This document shows positions 47,833-53,908 of a stretch of 53,908 nt of DNA, in pieces. The stretch spans positions 67,023 through 120,930 of the forward strand of contig CBDDBE010000003.1 of NCBI GenBank assembly GCA_965225085.1. The letters are read 5' to 3'. The notes below the pieces were generated by a model. That model was not told the origin of the DNA and did no database searches. It worked only from the letters and a program-made list of their open reading frames with translations. Position 1 is the stretch's first letter, and every line of letters begins with the position of its first letter. Origin of the DNA: an uncultured Candidatus Saccharibacteria bacterium. GTDB lineage: Bacteria; Patescibacteriota; Saccharimonadia; Saccharimonadales; EFPC-124. The position numbers and the translations under genes were made by a program.

Positions 47833-48270
47833 CTACTGAGCACTCAGATCGAATGTAGTCCTGAGCACGAGCATGAGACGCTCGGCCCCAAACAAGTGGG
47901 CGAGGCCGCCAGATACCACCTGCTGCAGTGGTTCACTCGTGCTCATCAACACGCGTATTGATACTGCGAATCTCCCGACCTCATCGGGTGAGACGAGGCG
48001 CTGAACGTACAGATGCGCTAGAGCAGACGGGTGTACATAAAGCGCTTTTGACCCCTGGTGTTGCGTGGCGAATGGAGAAAAGTCATATGGCTCGATCGGG
48101 CAGTGCGTCTTCCAACCGTCGGTTGACTGCTCGAGCCTATTGCTCCGCTCATTCCAGCAAACAAAGAGCGTCGGTGTCCAAGCCTTAACACCGGCACCAG
48201 GATGGCCTCCGATGATCTTGACGCGGGCTGGCGTTTTGGTCACAAGTTGCGACCAAGGCGTAGCGGTCAT
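47833..48270 (-). CDS. Hypothetical protein (145 aa)
   Basis: SD GAGGGAG; hairpins at ~47760-47822 downstream. Confidence 0.55.
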   Translation of the reverse strand: MTATPWSQLVTKTPARVKIIGGHPGAGVKAWTPTLFVCWNERSNRLEQSTDGWKTHCPIEPYDFSPFATQHQGSKALYVHPSALAHLYVQRLVSPDEVGRFAVSIRVLMSTSEPLQQVVSGGLAHLFGAERLMLVLRTTFDLSAQ

Positions 48271-48486
48271 GCGTTCGCTCCCTCATGTCGGCGTTTGGCA
48301 CACTATGTGCATATAAATCCGCCCCATCGTACAACCACGCGCCAGATACACTGTTGCACTCCATAGCCATTTCCAGTATAATAATCCCTCAGAGTTTCAC
48401 GCTATAAGTTTGTACTGGGATGTGCTGTAAACCATTGCATTTGTTATAGTTAGATCATCTAACGAATCGAAAAGGATTTTTCGTTC

Positions 48487-48900
48487 ATGCCAACAATTAA
48501 CCAGCTTATTCGCAAGCCGCGCAAAACGGCCAAGAAAGTCAGCAAGTCTGTCGCCCTTGGCCGCATTCACAATACGCTGAAGACCCGCTACTACAACGAG
48601 GACGCACCGCTGAAGCGCGGCGTCTGCCTGAAGGTCACAACCCGTACCCCACGCAAGCCTAACTCAGCACTTCGTAAGGTTGCACGCGTGCGCCTAACCA
48701 ACGGATACGAAGTATGGGCTTACATCCCGGGTGAAGGCCACAACCTACAGGAACACGCCGTTGTGCTAGTCCGCGGTGGTCGCGTACCAGACCTTCCCGG
48801 TGTTCGTTACCACATTGTTCGTGGTGCCCTCGACCTTCAAGGCGTTAACAACCGCAAGCAAGGCCGCAGCAAATACGGCGCGAAGAAGGAGAGCAAGTAA
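48487..48900 (+). CDS. rpsL: 30S ribosomal protein S12
   Basis: [31 protein letters not shown]. Confidence 0.99.
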   Translation: MPTINQLIRKPRKTAKKVSKSVALGRIHNTLKTRYYNEDAPLKRGVCLKVTTRTPRKPNSALRKVARVRLTNGYEVWAYIPGEGHNLQEHAVVLVRGGRVPDLPGVRYHIVRGALDLQGVNNRKQGRSKYGAKKESK

Positions 48901-49379
48901 TGCCACGCAAGAAAACTAAGTCCCTTCAGCGTCCTGTATCGCCCGACCGCGTATACAACTCTTCACTTGTGCAGCGCTTGATCCAGAAGAGTATTCTGGA
49001 CGGCAAGAAGCTAGCCGCTGAGCGTGCTGTATACGAAGCAATTGAACTTGCCGCCAAAAAGCTCAAGAGCGATAATGCGCTTGAAGTTTTCGAGAAAGCA
49101 ATCAAGAACGTTTACCCATCTGTTGAAGTCAAAAGTCGTCGCGTTGGTGGTGCAAACTACCAAATTCCATTCCCAGTGGCTGGCCAGCGCCAGCAGCACC
49201 TTGCCTACATGTGGTTTGTACAGGCCGCGCGTGCCCGCAAGAGCATGCCGTACGCTGAACGCCTCGCTGCCGAGATCGTCGACGCTTACAACCAGACCGG
49301 TGCCGCCTTCAAGAAGAAGGAAGACACACACCGTATGGCAGAAGCCAACCGCGCTTTCGCACACTTTGCCCGCGGCTAG
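48900..49379 (+). CDS. rpsG: 30S ribosomal protein S7
   Basis: EVKSRRVGGANYQIP, KKKEDTHRMAEANRAFAH. Confidence 0.99.
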   Translation: MPRKKTKSLQRPVSPDRVYNSSLVQRLIQKSILDGKKLAAERAVYEAIELAAKKLKSDNALEVFEKAIKNVYPSVEVKSRRVGGANYQIPFPVAGQRQQHLAYMWFVQAARARKSMPYAERLAAEIVDAYNQTGAAFKKKEDTHRMAEANRAFAHFARG

Positions 49380-49399
49380 CCCGCAGAGCACAGATATAC

Positions 49400-49427
49400 A
49401 AACACTCCTCGAACAGGGGAGTGTTTT
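49400..49427. terminator. Terminator after rpsG
   Basis: AAACACTCC ... GGAGTGTTTT. Confidence 0.75.
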
Positions 49428-49526
49428 GTTATAAGAGGGTGAGCATATTGCTTTTTCGTACAAAAAGTGTTATTATATAACCATAGGCGACTTCCGCCTG
49501 GCTCCTACCAGCTTCGAAAGGTTACC

Positions 49527-50108
49527 ATGAATCGCCTGCGTTTGATCGTATCGGCCGCTGTGGCTACGCTCGTCCTGAGCGTGGCCGGCTGCAGCACCAA
49601 GTCCGACAACACTGTCGCGGCTCCGCAGCACAGCGCCACGTCGCCGAGCTCACTGACGCCGTCGGCTCCGCAGACATCGGCGCCCACTCATCTGGGCAGG
49701 GTCTGCACCGTGCTGCCCGCTTCGACGCTGTCGGCCGTGCTCAACCAGCCGGACCAGCTCAGCGCGGTCGACCTGGTCGTGTTGAACGACTACGCCACCG
49801 ACACCTCGTGCGGCTATGGCATCGCGGGAGGAGCTCCCAGTTTCGAGCTTGAGGTGTTCACCTCGGGCCCGAAAGTCGACGTCAACGAGACCTACAGCCA
49901 CAACCGCGCCGACAGCCAGAAGGTCGTCTCCCTCAACATCAAGGACGTGGAGGGCTTCACGAGCACCGACCAGTGGGGGACAAAGATCGAATTCAAGCTG
50001 ACGAAGGGCGGCACGCCGTACCTGATCCGCTTCACGGCAATCCTGCACGACCAGCTCCCGGACGGTGCGACGAGCAAAATCGTCCAAATCATGCAGGCCA
50101 ACCTCTAG
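49527..50108 (+). CDS. Predicted lipoprotein, actinobacterial style (DUF3558-like)
   Basis: Lipobox VAG-C, S/T/P linker, two further Cys (VCTVL, TSCGY); third codon positions mostly G/C; SD GAAAGG. Confidence 0.7.
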   Translation: MNRLRLIVSAAVATLVLSVAGCSTKSDNTVAAPQHSATSPSSLTPSAPQTSAPTHLGRVCTVLPASTLSAVLNQPDQLSAVDLVVLNDYATDTSCGYGIAGGAPSFELEVFTSGPKVDVNETYSHNRADSQKVVSLNIKDVEGFTSTDQWGTKIEFKLTKGGTPYLIRFTAILHDQLPDGATSKIVQIMQANL

Positions 50109-50319
50109 AAGCTGTAGCGCGGGCACTCAGGGCAATTCCGCCCAGTGCCCGCGCGCAGCACTACTTAGTCAGAAGGCATGTGAATGCCTATTTATTTTAT
50201 CTTCAGCCTGTAGATTCCTCTCTGTTTTTATGCTATAATTCAATACAAATGTTGTTTTGTAGTGGCCAAAAATCGCCTGCTGCAGAACATCAGAAATAAT
50301 TGTAGTAACTCGAGGAATT

Positions 50320-52401
50320 ATGGCAGACAAGAATATCCCCCTGGAAATGTTCCGCAACATTGGCATTATCGCGCATATTGACGCAGGCAAGACCACAACC
50401 ACCGAAGGCATTTTGTACCGCACAGGTCTCAAGCACAAGATTGGCGAAGTCCACTCTGGTGAAACCACAACCGACTGGATGGAGCAAGAGCGCGAGCGTG
50501 GCATCACCATCACCAGTGCTGCCGTGACGTGTTTCTGGAAAGAGCACAAGATCAACATTATCGACACGCCCGGCCACATCGACTTTACTGCCGAGGTTGA
50601 GCGAAGCCTTCGTGTCCTTGACGGCGCCGTCGTTGTATTTGACGGCAAGATGGGTGTTGAAGCCCAGACCGAAACCGTATGGCGCCAAGCCAACAAATAC
50701 GGTGTGCCTCGCGTTTGTTTCATCAACAAGATCAACCAGACCGGTGGCGACTTCTACAAATCGCTCGACAGTATCCACGCCCGCCTTACCAAGCGCGCGC
50801 TGCCAATCCACCTGCCAATTGGCTTTGAACAAGAAATCAATGGCGTTATCGACCTCATCAGCATGAAGGCCTACACCTACAAGGACTTCACTGACCACGA
50901 GCTAGTCGAAGGTGACATCCCTGCCGACATGGCCGAAAAAGCCAAAAATGCTCGCACGTTGCTCGTCGAAGCAGCCGTCGAAGCCGACGACACGCTCTTC
51001 GAGCGGTACCTTGATGGCGGCGAAGCCAGCATCACCGAGGACGAACTGAAATCTGCCATTCGCAAATCTGTCCTAACGGGCGAATTCTACATCGTTACTG
51101 GTGGCGACGGCCGTGGCGTCATCGTCGAGAAGGTCCTGGACCTCGTCGTCGACTACTTGCCAAGCCCAACCGACATCGGCTCCGTATGGGGTACTCAGCC
51201 AAAGACCGGCGAGGAAGTTGAGCGCAAAGCCGCCGACACCGAGCCACTTGCCGCCCTGGCCTTCAAGGTTGCGACCGACCCATTTGTCGGCAAGCTTATC
51301 TTCGTCCGCGTCTATAGCGGCAAAATAGCCGCCGGTAGTTACATCCTCAACGCCAGCACAGGCAACAAGGAACGCGTTGGCCGCCTGCTGCGAATGCACG
51401 CCGACAAGCGCGAAGATATTACCGAAATCGGTGCCGGCGACATCGCTGCCATCGTTGGCCTGAAGGACACCACCACGGGCACCACCCTCTGTGACGTCAC
51501 AGACCCAGTCATCCTCGAGAGCATCGAATTCCCAGAGCCACCTGTTAGTATCGCTATCGAGCCCAAGACCAAGGCCGACCAAGAAAAGATGGGCATCGCG
51601 CTCCAGCGTCTCGCTGAGGAAGACCCAACCTTCCGCGTGCACACCGACGAAGAAACTGGCCAGACCATCATCAGCGGCATGGGCGAGCTCCACCTCGACA
51701 TCATTGTTGACCGCATGAAGCGCGAGTTCAAAGTCGAGGCAAACGTCGGTCAACCACAAGTAGCGTACCGCGAGTCGATCAAGAAAATCACCGAAATCGA
51801 AGGCAAATACATCAAGCAGTCCGGTGGTCGCGGCCAGTATGGTCACGTCTGGTTGCGCCTAGAGCCAAACGAAGTCGGTAAGGGCTTTGAATTCTTCGAC
51901 GCTATCAAGGGCGGCGTAGTTCCGCAGGAATACCGCACCCCTGTCAAAAATGGCATCGAGGAAACCCTCAACGGTGGCGTCATCGCCGGGTACCCAGTCG
52001 TTGACGTCAAGGCCACTCTGTACGACGGTAGCTATCACGAAGTCGACTCCAACGAAATGGCCTTCAAGATGGCTGGTGCCCTTGCGGCACGCGAAGGCGT
52101 TAAGAAAGCCAACCCAGTGCTCCTTGAGCCAGTCATGAAGATCGAAGTCGTCACACCAGAGGAGTTCATGGGTGACGTCATTGGCGACCTTAACAGTCGC
52201 CGCGGCCGTATCGAAAGCATGGAAGACCGCACCATGGCCAAGGTCATCACTGCACTCGTTCCATTGGCCGAAATGTTTGGCTACACGACCGACCTTCGCA
52301 GTATGAGCCAAGGCCGAGCCGGTTCAAGCATGGAGCTTGCGCAGTACGAAGAAGTACCACCAAACGTCGCCGAAGCCGTCATCGCCAAGCGCAACGGTTA
52401 G
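50320..52401 (+). CDS. fusA: Elongation factor G
   Basis: [51 protein letters not shown]. Confidence 0.99.
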   Translation: MADKNIPLEMFRNIGIIAHIDAGKTTTTEGILYRTGLKHKIGEVHSGETTTDWMEQERERGITITSAAVTCFWKEHKINIIDTPGHIDFTAEVERSLRVLDGAVVVFDGKMGVEAQTETVWRQANKYGVPRVCFINKINQTGGDFYKSLDSIHARLTKRALPIHLPIGFEQEINGVIDLISMKAYTYKDFTDHELVEGDIPADMAEKAKNARTLLVEAAVEADDTLFERYLDGGEASITEDELKSAIRKSVLTGEFYIVTGGDGRGVIVEKVLDLVVDYLPSPTDIGSVWGTQPKTGEEVERKAADTEPLAALAFKVATDPFVGKLIFVRVYSGKIAAGSYILNASTGNKERVGRLLRMHADKREDITEIGAGDIAAIVGLKDTTTGTTLCDVTDPVILESIEFPEPPVSIAIEPKTKADQEKMGIALQRLAEEDPTFRVHTDEETGQTIISGMGELHLDIIVDRMKREFKVEANVGQPQVAYRESIKKITEIEGKYIKQSGGRGQYGHVWLRLEPNEVGKGFEFFDAIKGGVVPQEYRTPVKNGIEETLNGGVIAGYPVVDVKATLYDGSYHEVDSNEMAFKMAGALAAREGVKKANPVLLEPVMKIEVVTPEEFMGDVIGDLNSRRGRIESMEDRTMAKVITALVPLAEMFGYTTDLRSMSQGRAGSSMELAQYEEVPPNVAEAVIAKRNG

Positions 52402-52414
52402 ACCACTCCCAACA

Positions 52415-52452
52415 AATTAAAATAGAGCGTCTATGGGCGCTCTATTTTAATT
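52415..52452. terminator. Terminator after fusA
   Basis: AATTAAAATAGAGCGT ... GCGCTCTATTTTAATT. Confidence 0.85.
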
Positions 52453-52539
52453 GAAGGGAATGGTGTTATAGTTATCCTCAGAACAATCCGCGACTACGAA
52501 GACACGCACGTGTCCTCAAAAAAACAAGGAGTTCAGAAC

Positions 52540-52842
52540 ATGCTGAGCAATTATTTGCTAGCTCACCTAGACGGCGTGTGCGAGGCCACGGTCAATGATG
52601 ACGTGGTGCCCGAAACCTGGGCGCCAGATACTATCTTCTTTCAGGAAGAGGGCGTAACCATTGCCTGGGGTGAAGGCTACCGGATGATCCGAGTCTCCCT
52701 TTTCGGTGACGCGCAGCGAGATTTCCGCGACTGGCTCGAAGCGTGCCATTCGCGAAGCATCTCGGGGAGGCGAGCACGTAGTAACCAAAAGGTCCCACGC
52801 CTTGGCTGGCGAATTGTTTTCTACCCAGGCCCTAGCCGATAG
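52540..52842 (+). CDS. Hypothetical protein (100 aa)
   Basis: SD AAGGAG before ATG 52540; 13-bp stem CGTAATGCGGGCG/CGCCCGCATTACG downstream. Confidence 0.5.
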   Translation: MLSNYLLAHLDGVCEATVNDDVVPETWAPDTIFFQEEGVTIAWGEGYRMIRVSLFGDAQRDFRDWLEACHSRSISGRRARSNQKVPRLGWRIVFYPGPSR

Positions 52843-53074
52843 TTTGCTCTGCGTAATGCGGGCGTTCAGCAGATCGAACCGCCCGCATTACGTAATTCCT
52901 CTCTGATATATGATTTCTACAATCTAAAAAGTTCCAGCAAAATTAAAACGCCCCCTCGTAAAATGAGGGGGCGCACCACAGAAAAAGATAAAGGTGCGCA
53001 GCATTTACGTACACGTGCATGATACATATGTATGAATAGCTTTTTGGCGGTTCGGGCAGGCAAGAAGCTACTTC

Positions 53075-53404
53075 TTACACCTGCCTGACCTCGAACACCA
53101 TCACGGTGTACCGATCGTTCCAGCGGCCCAGCTCATCGGGCACGAGACCCAATTCGTGAGCTCGCCTGACTTGCCAGTCGCTACTGCCATCCCTGCGGTC
53201 TAGGACCGCGAAGTTGACCGTCAGCTCGCCATCCAGCAAGAATGGCGCGTCGGTGAACACGATGCATGCCCCTACGAGCGGGTCATCGGTAAGGATGCCT
53301 TCGAAGACATCCGTGAGGATGACTGCCTGTTCGCCATGAGCGACATCGGCGGGCGTTGCAGCACTCAAGTGCCGGCTGAACACCCAGGGGTGCTGGTTGG
53401 ACAT
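53075..53404 (-). CDS. Hypothetical protein (109 aa)
   Basis: SD GAAAGGG, GC-rich codons, acidic protein-like composition. Confidence 0.6.
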   Translation of the reverse strand: MSNQHPWVFSRHLSAATPADVAHGEQAVILTDVFEGILTDDPLVGACIVFTDAPFLLDGELTVNFAVLDRRDGSSDWQVRRAHELGLVPDELGRWNDRYTVMVFEVRQV

Positions 53405-53622
53405 GATCGTCCCTTTCTTTCGGGTGCATCATCCGCGGGTTCGTGGATGATTACAGACATTACACCATACTTCCATAGAATTATCTAGATTAGTTTGAAA
53501 ACAACTGTTTCACTCTTTACAAGTAAGCCCCGTATCTTATATAATTTAGCCTATACGTCGTGTGAGGTGGCATTTTGTTACCCTATGCGTAGATAGAAAT
53601 AATTAGTAAGGAGACCTCCTAC

Positions 53623-53908
53623 ATGGCAGACACTTTTGACCGAAGCAAGCCTCACGTTAACGTGGGTACCATGGGTCACGTTGACCACGGTAAAACTACC
53701 CTAACCGCAGCCATTACCGCTGTTTTGGCAAAGAAACTCCCAAGCGCAGTTAACAAGCCTGTTGCTTATGACCAAATCGACAACGCTCCCGAGGAGCGCC
53801 AGCGTGGTATCACCATCGCTACCTCTCACCAGGAGTACGAGAGCGAAAAGCGTCACTACGCACACGTCGACATGCCTGGTCACGCCGACTACGTCAAGAA
53901 CATGATTA
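53623..53908 (+). CDS. tuf: Elongation factor Tu, 3'-truncated by the window edge
   Basis: ATG 53623: [28 protein letters not shown] ... [10 protein letters not shown] ... [17 protein letters not shown]. Confidence 0.98.
   Translation, partial: MADTFDRSKPHVNVGTMGHVDHGKTTLTAAITAVLAKKLPSAVNKPVAYDQIDNAPEERQRGITIATSHQEYESEKRHYAHVDMPGHADYVKNMI

Noticed and set aside
50169-52311. Long antisense ORFs over fusA, and similar ones over clpC, rpoB/C, tig, recG and the PBP
   Set aside because: Shadow ORFs caused by the codon bias of the sense genes; no SD, promoter or protein-like motifs
1-53908. Alternative genetic code (UGA=Gly as in Gracilibacteria/SR1, or amber recoding)
   Set aside because: Conserved genes translate fully in code 11; TGA and TAG end genes at expected positions; only one internal TAG was seen (DUF1697)

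Overview
Housekeeping-rich chromosome segment (standard code 11), inferred to be from Candidatus Saccharibacteria (TM7, Patescibacteria/CPR) on the basis of gene content and protein style; not confirmed by any search. Core genes: 3' part of dnaE, trmH-family methylase, pilB/gspE ATPase, rplS, rnhB-yraN, pepN, nusA, clpC-(metallopeptidase)-radA-yacL, class A PBP, tyrS, recG-(PLC-like)-rsmD, tRNA-Leu(TAG), hisS, tig, clpP, rpoB-rpoC, rpsL-rpsG, fusA and the 5' part of tuf. About 13 small orphan genes sit singly between them, most with their own promoter, Shine-Dalgarno and downstream hairpin. Best leads: (1) a Leu-type long-variable-arm tRNA body with a Gly (GCC) anticodon whose acceptor 3' end runs into the 5' end of the next tRNA-Leu; (2) degenerate copies of the tRNA-Leu 3' end separating accessory genes in an integrase-free island; (3) RpoC lacking all eight canonical Zn-binding cysteines; (4) perfect CIRCE (HrcA) operators over both the clpC and clpP promoters; (5) leaderless core genes versus SD-led orphans; (6) a high-GC actinobacterial-style lipoprotein inside the str cluster; (7) a terminator in the nusA leader. 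No CRISPR array, integrase, transposase or rRNA was seen. All family assignments are from motif recognition by eye, without database searches.
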